64,000 nt of DNA from an uncultured bacterium. Its GTDB lineage: Bacteria; Fidelibacterota; Marinisomatia; SCGC-AAA003-L08; JACNLC01. The number at the start of each line of letters is the position of its first letter. The first letter of the stretch is position 1. Below the pieces are notes generated by a model, which was not told the DNA's origin, searched no databases, and saw nothing but the letters and a program-made list of their open reading frames with translations. The stretch covers positions 193,276-257,275 of the forward strand of contig CAZGNZ010000001.1 in assembly GCA_964527215.1 (NCBI GenBank), read 5' to 3'. The position numbers and the translations under genes were made by a program. Of this stretch, positions 26,994 to 36,352 are shown piece by piece.

Positions 26994-28376
26994 TTAATTG
27001 GTTAGTATGTCATATTTTCGAAGACGACGGTCAAGTGCCTGCCAGGAGATGCCCAGCAGTTTTGCGACCTGAGCCCTGTTTTGATTTGAGCGATCCAGAG
27101 CCAGCCGAATGTACCTGGCTTCCATATCCCTGAGATTCAGATTTTTGTGTTCTGGATTTTCAGTGCTTTCAGATATCTTTGGTGAAAACAATCCTGAAAA
27201 ATTGCGTAAATGGAGGGATGATTTAATACAAGTAATTACAGCACGTTCAACCAAATTACGAAGTTCCCTGACATTGCCCGGGAATCGGTATTCCGCCAGC
27301 ATACTGAATACACCGGGATCAATATTTACAATGTGCTTATTCATGCGGTCACTGAAATATTTGGTGAAATACTCCAGGAGAATCGGAATATCTTCCTGCC
27401 GTTCGCGCAGTGGCGGAACATGGATATGAAATGTATTCAAGCGAAAATACAGATCTGTACGGAATCTGTTGTCATGGACCATATCTTCTATATCTTGATT
27501 GGTGGCTGATATTATTCGGACATCGGTATCCAATTCAGTATGCGATCCGATACGACTGATTTTCTTGACCTCAAGCACACGGGTGAATTTGGTCTGAAGA
27601 TTGATCGGAAGCTCGCCAATTTCATCCAGAAAGAGCGTGCCGTTCCGGGCGATTTCAAACCAGCCTATTTTGGCCTCGGTCGCATTGGTAAAGGCACCCT
27701 TTGTGTGACCGAAGAATTCACTTTCAAACAGTGTATCCGGAATGGCGGAGCAGTTGACGGCATAAAAATACTTTTCCTTGCGTGAGCTGAGATAATGGAT
27801 GCCTCTGGCCACCAGTTCCTTCCCTGTACCGCTTTCACCCGTGATCAGCACGGGTGTGTCGTCGGTTTGTGCCACCTGATGCATCTGGTCAATGATATTC
27901 CTCAGGCTGGGACTGTCACCGATAATTTCTCCGCCAATATTGGCCTGAATTTCGCGGCTGAGAAGAGAGTTGTTCAGCTGGGCATCAGCCAGACGGCTGT
28001 TAATTTCAATATATCTGCGCGTCTTTTCAATTGCACGGCGTAAATCAATAAAGCGCACTGGTTTGGCAATAAAATCAAAGGCTCCCAGTCTCATGGACTT
28101 GATAACCACATCCATATTGCCGTGCCCGGTTACCATAATCACTTCAATATCAGGGTATTCCTTACGAATTTTGCTGAGCACCTGAAGTCCGTCCATTTCA
28201 GGCATGCGAATATCCAGAAGGACAATATCAATTTCCGTGGTTTTCAGAATTTCAAAAGCTTCCGAAGGCAGACCGGCCAGATGCAGGTCGAAGTCGAAAT
28301 TGGATAAAAGATCCTTGAACGCCTCACGAATACGAATTTCATCGTCGAGAATTAAAATACTTAGTGGCTTTTCCAT
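26994..28376 (-). CDS. Sigma-54-dependent response regulator (NtrC family bEBP)
   Basis: Receiver domain (ILILDDE...DIVLLDIRMPEMDG...VTGHG...FDFIAKP). AAA+ domain with Walker A GESGTGKE, GAFTGA-type loop GAFTNA and RIISATNQD. C-terminal Fis-type HTH (RAQVAKLLGISWQALDRRLRKY). Confidence 0.93.
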   Translation of the reverse strand: MEKPLSILILDDEIRIREAFKDLLSNFDFDLHLAGLPSEAFEILKTTEIDIVLLDIRMPEMDGLQVLSKIRKEYPDIEVIMVTGHGNMDVVIKSMRLGAFDFIAKPVRFIDLRRAIEKTRRYIEINSRLADAQLNNSLLSREIQANIGGEIIGDSPSLRNIIDQMHQVAQTDDTPVLITGESGTGKELVARGIHYLSSRKEKYFYAVNCSAIPDTLFESEFFGHTKGAFTNATEAKIGWFEIARNGTLFLDEIGELPINLQTKFTRVLEVKKISRIGSHTELDTDVRIISATNQDIEDMVHDNRFRTDLYFRLNTFHIHVPPLRERQEDIPILLEYFTKYFSDRMNKHIVNIDPGVFSMLAEYRFPGNVRELRNLVERAVITCIKSSLHLRNFSGLFSPKISESTENPEHKNLNLRDMEARYIRLALDRSNQNRAQVAKLLGISWQALDRRLRKYDILTN

Positions 28377-29882
28377 TTAGCGATCTATCCTGTAGTGAGG
28401 TAATTGAATCATAACGCGCGTGTATTTTCCGATTCGGCTGCTGATTTTTATTTTTCCGTTCATATCTCTGATAATCCCGTAAGCCACTGCCAGACCAAGA
28501 CCTGTTCCATGCTGGGGATCCTTACTGGTAAAGAACGGATCAAACACCCGGTTGATTTTATTCTCCGGGATGCCTGCGCCGTCATCCTCCACTTCAAGAT
28601 AAATCCAGTCATTGTCATTTCGGGTTTGAATGATTATCCGTTTGGCCTCCTTTACATGGGGCGGAAGCGGATATTTTTCATTCAGCGCATCCCGGGCGTT
28701 CAGGAGAACATTCCACAGCACCTGTTCAATCCTGTAGCGGTTTCCCAGCGTGGTTCGGACAGATTCATCCAGCTCCAGGAAAATATGGATATTGTGCGTT
28801 TCCAGCTGGGCCGACATCAGCTTGAGCGTATCCGCTACCACATCATTCACATTGACTATTTCAACACTGCTGCTGTCCTGTTTCAAAGCAAAGATCTGCA
28901 GGTGTTTGACCAACTTCACAATTCGTCCGATATCCTGAAACAGCTGAGATGTTTTCTCCTCCAGAAAATCTGTTGTCAGTTCACCCGTCTGCTGCTTGTA
29001 AAGAATCGTATCCAATCCGATGGAGATGATAGAAAGCGGCTGATTGATCTCATGGGCCAGTGAGCCTGCCATTTCTCCAAGGGATTCCAGATTGGATTTC
29101 TCAAGAATCTTCATAATCTGCTGCTGTGTTCTGACTCCGCTGGTCAGAATATACTGTTCCAGATTCTCGTTCGGATTCAGGATGTCACTGGTGTCATGGG
29201 AAGTGTGGCTGAGATCAATCGTAATACACAGGATACCATATACCACGTCGCTGTCCACGATTGGAACGACCAGCTGTATGGTATCATAAGGCCGTCCGTC
29301 CAGACTGAATTTAAATTCATGGATATGCCTGTGTCCGCCAAGAGCCCGCGAAAAAGCCATTTTCCATGATTCGATCTGGTTTTCCCCGAACAGATTGCTT
29401 TCGTAATGTTCCCCTCGAGCCGTCCCCCAGCGTTTCTCCTGATGTTCATTTTGAATGATAATCCGTCCCTCGGGATCCAGAATGATGATATCGAAAGGAA
29501 GGTTATCAAAAGTCTTCTGAAAAATGGATGAGCTCAGTAAGCTGTCCAGTGAGCTGGTTATATCCTTGGATTCAGACCGGCTTTCAGGAAAAAGAGTGAT
29601 TAAGTACTGCCAGGCTCCCTTCTGATCAGTAAAACGGGTGAAACAACACTGCCATGGAGAAAGGGAGTGACGGATCGGAAGGATTTTTTGAAATTTTAAA
29701 TCCGGATTTTTCTTTTTCAGGTGAAACTGGATTTCCGAGATGATATGAGGATCAGGAATGATATATTCGAGCGGCTGATTCAGCAAATCGATTCTGTCCG
29801 TTGCAGTCAGATCACAAAATGGATCACTCACAGCGGTCAGTTCAAAGTTATCCTTTAAGATTAAAGAACCCGTTTTGGTCAT
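28377..29882 (-). CDS. PAS-domain sensor histidine kinase (no obvious TM segments)
   Basis: H-box SLAHEINQPLS, N-box NVLLNARDAL, G1 DDGAGIP, G2 GTGLGLAV. The stop abuts the start of the response regulator gene. Confidence 0.9.
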   Translation of the reverse strand: MTKTGSLILKDNFELTAVSDPFCDLTATDRIDLLNQPLEYIIPDPHIISEIQFHLKKKNPDLKFQKILPIRHSLSPWQCCFTRFTDQKGAWQYLITLFPESRSESKDITSSLDSLLSSSIFQKTFDNLPFDIIILDPEGRIIIQNEHQEKRWGTARGEHYESNLFGENQIESWKMAFSRALGGHRHIHEFKFSLDGRPYDTIQLVVPIVDSDVVYGILCITIDLSHTSHDTSDILNPNENLEQYILTSGVRTQQQIMKILEKSNLESLGEMAGSLAHEINQPLSIISIGLDTILYKQQTGELTTDFLEEKTSQLFQDIGRIVKLVKHLQIFALKQDSSSVEIVNVNDVVADTLKLMSAQLETHNIHIFLELDESVRTTLGNRYRIEQVLWNVLLNARDALNEKYPLPPHVKEAKRIIIQTRNDNDWIYLEVEDDGAGIPENKINRVFDPFFTSKDPQHGTGLGLAVAYGIIRDMNGKIKISSRIGKYTRVMIQLPHYRIDR

Positions 29883-30125
29883 ACTTCAGTTATATCCAGA
29901 ATGATGCTCAGGAAGGTTGCGCCGCAGAAGTGAAATCACCTGACAATCCCTAATTCAGCGGCTTTGGCAACAGGCAATTTACGATTAAATCACATTGTCC
30001 GCTATCGGATAATTTATGAATATCGGCGTGTTTTCGATAACGGCCGGAATGCGTGAAAATACCTTCAGCCCTGCAGAAGGATCTGCCTGATTCATATTAT
30101 CGAAAAAAGTGGTGCCGGAATCGAA

Positions 30126-31361
30126 TCATGGATATCTCGGCTGCCGGATATTCCGCTGCGGCGGGAGGCGGTACAAATCCGGAATACTGTCTTGAAAAAC
30201 GGTGAATTCATCATGGAAAAAGGACAGGAAATCTCTTTCGGCAGGGTGTCCCGGATAGGGAGCAAAGCAATGGTTTGTCTGATAGTTGCGCCAGACAAGC
30301 AGATAGGCAATCCTGCTCGCTTTCGGGCTTGATTTAATGGGATTCAGCAAATGCCGGGTAAACCAGTCCTTCGGTCTAATTCCGTTACGGCCGGTTTCCG
30401 TGAGAGCTGCGATCTTTCCGTGATCATCGGCGAAATCAACGATGTACTCCAGCCAGGCGATGAACTGATCTCCGTTTCCGGCATCCAGGGTTCCGTTATA
30501 GGCATCCAGACCGATGACGTCAACAACATCATCACCCGGATAATATGCCTCGTAGTCTGCCGTGGAACCCCAACTCGGAGAATATGCATATATCAAATGA
30601 TGTATCTGATGGTCGTCCCTGAGAACCTGGACTGTCATTCGCCAGAAAGCGATAAACTCTGCAGGCGTGCAGCTGTCCCGTCCCCACCAGAACCAGTTGC
30701 CCGTGTTCTCGTGATAAGGCCTGAAAATTACGGGAATTCCCGAACCGGACGGTGTTTCCAGTGTTTTCAGATATTGTGCAAGCAGGTCCAGGCGACGGAG
30801 GTATGCCTGATGATGCTCAGCCCCGGGAAGCAGCGTACGGATGACGGGAGTTCTGTCCCAGGAATCCTTTCCGGTGACGGGATGATCCTGATGCCAGCTG
30901 ATGGTGTTCACTCCGCCCATGGCATAGACATCTGCTATCCATGAACGCATATCCGCGAATCGAACCCCGTCCAGATTATGTTCAGCACCGTTTTCAATAT
31001 CGCCGAGATCCCAGCCGAATACAGCCGGATAGGCACCGGTCACCGCCTTCACATCAGAATTTCCCGGCACGTTGCTCCATTGAATTCCGTATGCGAGGTC
31101 GTCTTCATGCCCAAACAGAATACCCTCGCCCATCTGTGATTTCAGATTATAGAACAATGCCTGTGTTTCAGGATTGGCTTTGCGATCCACCGGACCGTAC
31201 TCCTGTATGTGATCGGTTTGCCGAGGTGAATACCGCGGATCGGGATGATGATGACAGCCGGTGGGGATCAGCGCGGTGCTGATCAGTATCGCTGTGAAAA
31301 ACAATCCCGGTTTTCCTAGATTTCCCTGAGTGTTCGGCAGTGTGAATTTTGCGATGTCCAT
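30126..31361 (-). CDS. Glycoside hydrolase family 26 (beta-mannanase-like) lipoprotein
   Basis: GH26 signature FRPYHENTGNWFWWG and the earlier FGHEDDLAYG. Lipoprotein-type signal (..ISTALIPTGC). Confidence 0.8.
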   Translation of the reverse strand: MDIAKFTLPNTQGNLGKPGLFFTAILISTALIPTGCHHHPDPRYSPRQTDHIQEYGPVDRKANPETQALFYNLKSQMGEGILFGHEDDLAYGIQWSNVPGNSDVKAVTGAYPAVFGWDLGDIENGAEHNLDGVRFADMRSWIADVYAMGGVNTISWHQDHPVTGKDSWDRTPVIRTLLPGAEHHQAYLRRLDLLAQYLKTLETPSGSGIPVIFRPYHENTGNWFWWGRDSCTPAEFIAFWRMTVQVLRDDHQIHHLIYAYSPSWGSTADYEAYYPGDDVVDVIGLDAYNGTLDAGNGDQFIAWLEYIVDFADDHGKIAALTETGRNGIRPKDWFTRHLLNPIKSSPKASRIAYLLVWRNYQTNHCFAPYPGHPAERDFLSFFHDEFTVFQDSIPDLYRLPPQRNIRQPRYP

Positions 31362-31412
31362 TGTTTGGCTGCTGTGTGATTTTAGAGGGTTTTTTCAATA
31401 TTCATTACAGAT

Positions 31413-33113
31413 TCAATCGTTTGATGCATGACCGGGTTCAATCCAGATCGGATTTGAGAGAGCCATGTGATTTCCCCGGTCGGATTTTGTTTTTACCTCG
31501 GCCCTGAAATAGCAGTTTCGGCTTCCGTTCTGCTGAATTCTGACCTCAAGGGAATAGGTTTCTTCATCGGGTTTTTCCTGAAATACTGCCGTTTCATGCT
31601 GCTGATTCAGGTCACCTTTGTATAAAACGATCTCCTCCAGCGGCCCAAATTCCCGAGTGGACTCGCAGAACAGACTGACGGCTGCATCAATGGCGTTCCC
31701 GAAGGGTGCAGCGGCTCCCATCTGGTATTTCCCGCCGGCTGCTGTCAGCTCTGTTTTCACGGCAGGACCATTGCTGACATAGCATCTTCCGGTTTTCAGA
31801 GCGTTGAGTATGGATTGACAGTCAGCCGTGCTGCTGTCTTTCAGGACAGCGGTCCAGCAGGTGCCGAACACCTGGTCGTCGGATTCATGCAGACTCAGCA
31901 TCGGGGTTTTGATTTGTCTGAATTTATTGAAATTGCCGTGAGCATCCGTTCCGCCGTAAATGAATTTCCTGAACCCCTGAAGCAGGAGTTTAATCCAGAT
32001 TTCGCGGCCGCGGAAAAAACCGGCATCCAGCGAACCGTTCAATATCTGAAATCCGGTGACAGCGTCAGACTTCAGATCCCGTTCCCGCCATTGGCCCCGC
32101 TTGATAAAGAGCCACTGAAAAAACGGTACAGGTACGGAAGGGTGGGCGGCAATGAAGAGGGCTGAATCGGGAAGCGATTCCCGAACGGATTCCACATCGT
32201 GTTCACAGTGAAAATCAAACCATTTCTCGGCACCGTCGCCCCGGCCCGAATAAAACCGGTCGCTGTTCAGAATCAGGCCGTGAACAATTCTCCTGCGCCC
32301 GTTAAACAGGCTTAATTCTTCACCGGGAAGAATGACTGCACCGGAAGCTTCGGAATTCAGCTGCTTGATCCTGGTGCGGGAGTCATGCCATTTCCTGAGC
32401 CGAGGATCGGTGTCCGTCCAGGAGCCCGGAAAGTCATCCAGATCGTAGGAATGATCTGCTGCGGCCAGAAACGTCAGTCCGCAATTGTCAGCGGCAGACC
32501 GGGTGATTGACAGCGGAGCGCCAAATTCCACCATGTCTTCCGTCAGACGGGTGTGGCAGTGGAGGTCGCCGGCAAGCGAAAAAGTGTTTCCCGGCAGATT
32601 CGAATCTCCAAAATAGACCGTCATGGCTTTCGGTTCCAGCTGCCTGAGATTGTGGGTTCGGCAGATTCCGGATTTTCCGTTGATCCGATAGTGCAGGACC
32701 GCATCAACTTCTGCCGGGCCGGTCAATTGGTTGGTCGGCAGTACAAATTCGCGGCTGAACCAGTGGCTTTGCAGCTCGGTATTCAGGCTGAACTGCTGTT
32801 CCAGAACTGCCTCTGAATATTGACGGATTTTGACAACGACCCTTTCCAGAGTGACAGGGTACCGGTGCGCATCCTTGACAATCAGAAAAACCGACAGGGA
32901 TTTTTCGGGGGCAACACGATACGGGGCGTCAAAAATAATTTCCGGCTCACGCATGAAATACCGGCTGCCCGAGAATGGAAATCGATAGTGGATTTCCGCA
33001 TATCCCGCAGCTGCAGGCAGCCAGAAGGACAGATCAGACAATAGCGCCGAGAATTCCATGCTCAATATTAAACAGTCCGGAATATTGATTGAAACAGCAA
33101 AGGATCGGCTCAT
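31413..33113 (-). CDS. PHP-domain (CehA/McbA-like) metallohydrolase family protein
   Basis: GDLHCHT, AADHSYD and GGTDAHGNF motifs are typical of PHP/polymerase-histidinol-phosphatase-fold metal sites. The substrate is unknown. Confidence 0.55.
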   Translation of the reverse strand: MSRSFAVSINIPDCLILSMEFSALLSDLSFWLPAAAGYAEIHYRFPFSGSRYFMREPEIIFDAPYRVAPEKSLSVFLIVKDAHRYPVTLERVVVKIRQYSEAVLEQQFSLNTELQSHWFSREFVLPTNQLTGPAEVDAVLHYRINGKSGICRTHNLRQLEPKAMTVYFGDSNLPGNTFSLAGDLHCHTRLTEDMVEFGAPLSITRSAADNCGLTFLAAADHSYDLDDFPGSWTDTDPRLRKWHDSRTRIKQLNSEASGAVILPGEELSLFNGRRRIVHGLILNSDRFYSGRGDGAEKWFDFHCEHDVESVRESLPDSALFIAAHPSVPVPFFQWLFIKRGQWRERDLKSDAVTGFQILNGSLDAGFFRGREIWIKLLLQGFRKFIYGGTDAHGNFNKFRQIKTPMLSLHESDDQVFGTCWTAVLKDSSTADCQSILNALKTGRCYVSNGPAVKTELTAAGGKYQMGAAAPFGNAIDAAVSLFCESTREFGPLEEIVLYKGDLNQQHETAVFQEKPDEETYSLEVRIQQNGSRNCYFRAEVKTKSDRGNHMALSNPIWIEPGHASND

Positions 33114-33414
33114 GGGGACGGCTGTCGGAATGATGCTCCAGCGCAGAGTCTGACATCAATTCGTCCAACGGCGATTGCATGCGGAAACAGCGTCATTGAC
33201 GCATTTTTTGAAAAGACCGGAAATCCGTCAGGCTTCGGTGGGCAGGGATAACGAAATCCCGAGGAGGGGATAGGGCAATCAGCAAAACAAACAGATCAGC
33301 GGCAGACAGCGCGGGGAAAACTTGTCAAAGCATTGAAGTCAGGAATAATGCAAAAAGGTAAATCTCCAAATCTGTAAGCTTTGGGATATTGTGCGTCATC
33401 TGTTTTTTTTATCG

Positions 33415-33684
33415 TCAGACTAGAATTTCAATAAAGCCAAAATCGGGCTGCTTCAGTCGGTTGTTAATCTCATTTTTATTAAAATATTCAGGGTCAAATT
33501 CACCCCCCATCCATTCGATGATGCTGTCATATTCCTCGTTATCAGGGTGCTTCAATATTTGTAATAAATTCCGCAAATTCCCAAACACCGCCGCAGTCTT
33601 CCGGAGGGCAATGATTTTTGCCGGCTTTCTTCCAGCCTTGCTGAAAACATGGGTGGGCAAGGTGAGATTCAATTCGAAGCACAA
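33415..33684 (-). CDS. Hypothetical small protein (in AT-rich islet)
   Basis: 89-aa ORF with no recognisable motif. It may be a gene remnant. Confidence 0.3.
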   Translation of the reverse strand: MCFELNLTLPTHVFSKAGRKPAKIIALRKTAAVFGNLRNLLQILKHPDNEEYDSIIEWMGGEFDPEYFNKNEINNRLKQPDFGFIEILV

Positions 33685-33821
33685 GTCCGCACCAGGAACA
33701 GCAGCGGATGCGCAGTACTTTCCTGTATAATCACAAGAAAGCTGAAACGGTACTGCCGCTTGATTTCACTGCTGTCTCGGCTGTGATTTTTGACATTGAG
33801 TCAGGGCGTTTTTATATTTCC

Positions 33822-35129
33822 CTACCATACCGATACTCTTTTAGACTCAGGAATATAATATTCCGATTCAGGGTTAATATTGAAAAGCTGATAAAACTTA
33901 TTTTGATTGTAAACAGGTCCAATTGCCCTGAATCTTTGAGGTGTGTGTACTCTTTTATATGACACAATTTTAAATTCAGTAGTTGATTTTTCTTTCCAGA
34001 ATCCGGCATATTGGACGAAATATTCTTTCAGCGATTCATTTATCTCATGATTGGATATGTTTTCGTTTTTATCCTTCAAGTAATTTTCCAATGCCAATAT
34101 TGAAACTTCAACTCCGGCTAAATCTGCATGGTTTTCCTGTAATGTTACTTCCCCATCAACAAATAAACTGTCATGATAGGAATAACTGTTGAATTGATCA
34201 ATCAAGTTTTGATGTACAGCATTCCTGTTGTCTTTACTGAATAGGATTCCTGAAAATGTTTTTCTCAGCAAATTCATTTTCTTTCCGTCCATGTCATAAT
34301 TTTCTCCGACTACATCAAAAGCATGTGTCATTTCATGTGCAATTGTCCTTCCAAGGGTAGCAAAAAGATAGATGATGTCGTCACTGCTGTCAAAATCATA
34401 TAACATTCCGGCATAAAGAATAATTTTATTGCTTCCTGCATAGTAAAAACAGTCTGTTTCATAAGGTGTTCGCCAGTCAGTCTGAATCTTTTCCATTTCA
34501 GTTTTGTATGATTTTGCCAGTTTAAGGTTGTCCGAATAGGAGGTGTTTGACAGTAAAGGAATTTCGGGAAAATCAGATATTGAAGGAGCTCCAATTTCAA
34601 ATCTCAAATTATCCAGTTTTTTAAGGAAAAACTTCTTGTAACCCTTCCCAATAATATCAGTGTGTTCAATTTTGTATCGGTAGGCCAAAGAAAGATAATC
34701 AATGATTTCCCTGATCATTGCTTCTTTTTGATGAGTGACCGTTATTTTCGAGAAGATTATTCCAAAATTCATGGGGAAGTTTTTCTGCACTTCTGCAACA
34801 CGTTTCTTCGGATTTTCAATAGTTCCGGAGGTGCTATTATAAAAACTTCTTAATTGTTTTAAAGCGTACAAGTGTTGATCGTCAAGTTCATACGTTAAAC
34901 TGCCGCTTAGAATTTCAATTGATTTCTTTTCTATCTCTTCCCAAAGGATACCAACCTGGTTTATTACAACATAGTTTTCCGGCAAAACCGTCTGGTTGAT
35001 CCATTCACTGTTTACAGATTGATAAAAATCAGAAATGGGTGCATTGGTCTGTGCAAGCATTATTGTATTTGGCAATAGCAGGTGAACTGCAAACAAAAAT
35101 ATTATGGATATTGTTTTTCTATTTCTCAT
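33822..35129 (-). CDS. Compact M13-family (neprilysin/PepO-like) zinc metallopeptidase
   Basis: Signal peptide. M13 N-terminal motif DFYQSVNSEWI. HExxH as IAHEMTHAFD. Third ligand motif ENHADLAG (cf. GENIADxGG). C-terminal ...TPQRFRAIGPVYN...RVSVW. At 435 aa it is much shorter than typical ~650-700-aa M13 enzymes. Confidence 0.72.
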   Translation of the reverse strand: MRNRKTISIIFLFAVHLLLPNTIMLAQTNAPISDFYQSVNSEWINQTVLPENYVVINQVGILWEEIEKKSIEILSGSLTYELDDQHLYALKQLRSFYNSTSGTIENPKKRVAEVQKNFPMNFGIIFSKITVTHQKEAMIREIIDYLSLAYRYKIEHTDIIGKGYKKFFLKKLDNLRFEIGAPSISDFPEIPLLSNTSYSDNLKLAKSYKTEMEKIQTDWRTPYETDCFYYAGSNKIILYAGMLYDFDSSDDIIYLFATLGRTIAHEMTHAFDVVGENYDMDGKKMNLLRKTFSGILFSKDNRNAVHQNLIDQFNSYSYHDSLFVDGEVTLQENHADLAGVEVSILALENYLKDKNENISNHEINESLKEYFVQYAGFWKEKSTTEFKIVSYKRVHTPQRFRAIGPVYNQNKFYQLFNINPESEYYIPESKRVSVW

Positions 35130-35185
35130 TTGTTCCCCTTTGGTTATTTTAATCTATAGACAGAAAAAATATTGAACACAGCCAT

Positions 35186-35758
35186 TTAATTTTTACCACT
35201 TTTCATTTTGTGTTTTTTAAGCAGCTCTTTCAAACTTTCTATTCCATAATGTTCTCGTTCTTCATCTGTTGTAAGTGGGTCTATTGGAGCCCATAATTCC
35301 TGGTTGTCTTCAAATACTCTCTGGGTTCCGTATTTTTGAAATCCTTTTGTGTAAAGCAGATACCTGTCATAAAACGCAGCTGTAAAATAACGAGCTTCTT
35401 CATTTCCATTTTCAAATGAGCTTTTTGCCAATTGATAAGCCAAATAATAATTTTCTGCACTGACGCTTTTTACGCTGCCGTCACAAAATACGAGTCCTGT
35501 GTGATTTAAAATATATGCTGCGTGAAATTTGTCATTATCAGTCACAATCTTGTCCTCTGCCAATAACTGCAGAACCTTTTTTCTTCTTACCCTATCGCTT
35601 ATTTCCAATGGATCGTTAGAGTCGGATTGCCTTAGCGCAATGTCATCATTATACATTTTTGTTAATTCTCGACAATCCGTTAGCTGTTCGCTTTTTTTCT
35701 CGCTGCATGAACTGAGAAAAAGTGACAGTATAGCAGCCAATAATATCCATCTTCTCAT
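35186..35758 (-). CDS. Hypothetical lipoprotein
   Basis: Lipobox LFLSSC after a hydrophobic N-terminus. No recognised catalytic motif. AT-rich codon usage. Confidence 0.6.
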   Translation of the reverse strand: MRRWILLAAILSLFLSSCSEKKSEQLTDCRELTKMYNDDIALRQSDSNDPLEISDRVRRKKVLQLLAEDKIVTDNDKFHAAYILNHTGLVFCDGSVKSVSAENYYLAYQLAKSSFENGNEEARYFTAAFYDRYLLYTKGFQKYGTQRVFEDNQELWAPIDPLTTDEEREHYGIESLKELLKKHKMKSGKN

Positions 35759-36352
35759 ATCTTTCTCCCTGCATTCATTGTTTTTCGCACCGGTTTGGTG
35801 CTTTTAATTATGTATTGCCATGACGGCGCAAAACGCAGCTGTTTTCGATGATTTTTTAGTCTGCTTATGAACGATTATTTTTTTACCGGCTCTCTGTCAG
35901 CCTTGTTGAAAACATTGACGGACGAGGTAAATGGCGCATTGACCTTTTCGCTAAACGCAATTGCGTATATTTGGAATATGATTATTAAAATCCTGCTGCG
36001 ATTTAACGGGAAACAACGATGTTAAAGTGAATCAATGAAAAATGTTACTCAAAAACTGATTGATTAAAATTACAGCGAAGAGGCTGAAAAATCCTATATC
36101 TGTACTCGCTGATTATGTGAAGTCGCAATCAGCGTCTCACCTCATATAAACATTATTCATTAAATCCGCAGTCCGTTCGACAGTGCTTAACCGCCGCCCC
36201 TCTCGGACACAAAATTCAAACATTATTCCGTTACCAATGCTTTATCATCTCACCGTATTATAAATGTTCTGGAAATGCATTTTATCCTGCTGTTAAGGCG
36301 TGTCCGCCATTTCCGGAGAAGACTTCATCGTTTAATAAATACGGGAAAAACC

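Noticed and set aside
35955-35966. Perfect 12-bp palindrome ACGCAATTGCGT in the gap upstream of gpmI.
   Set aside because: It is a single short palindrome in an AT-rich spacer ~390 nt from the gpmI start and ~200 nt from the divergent lipoprotein gene. It is too isolated to call an operator.
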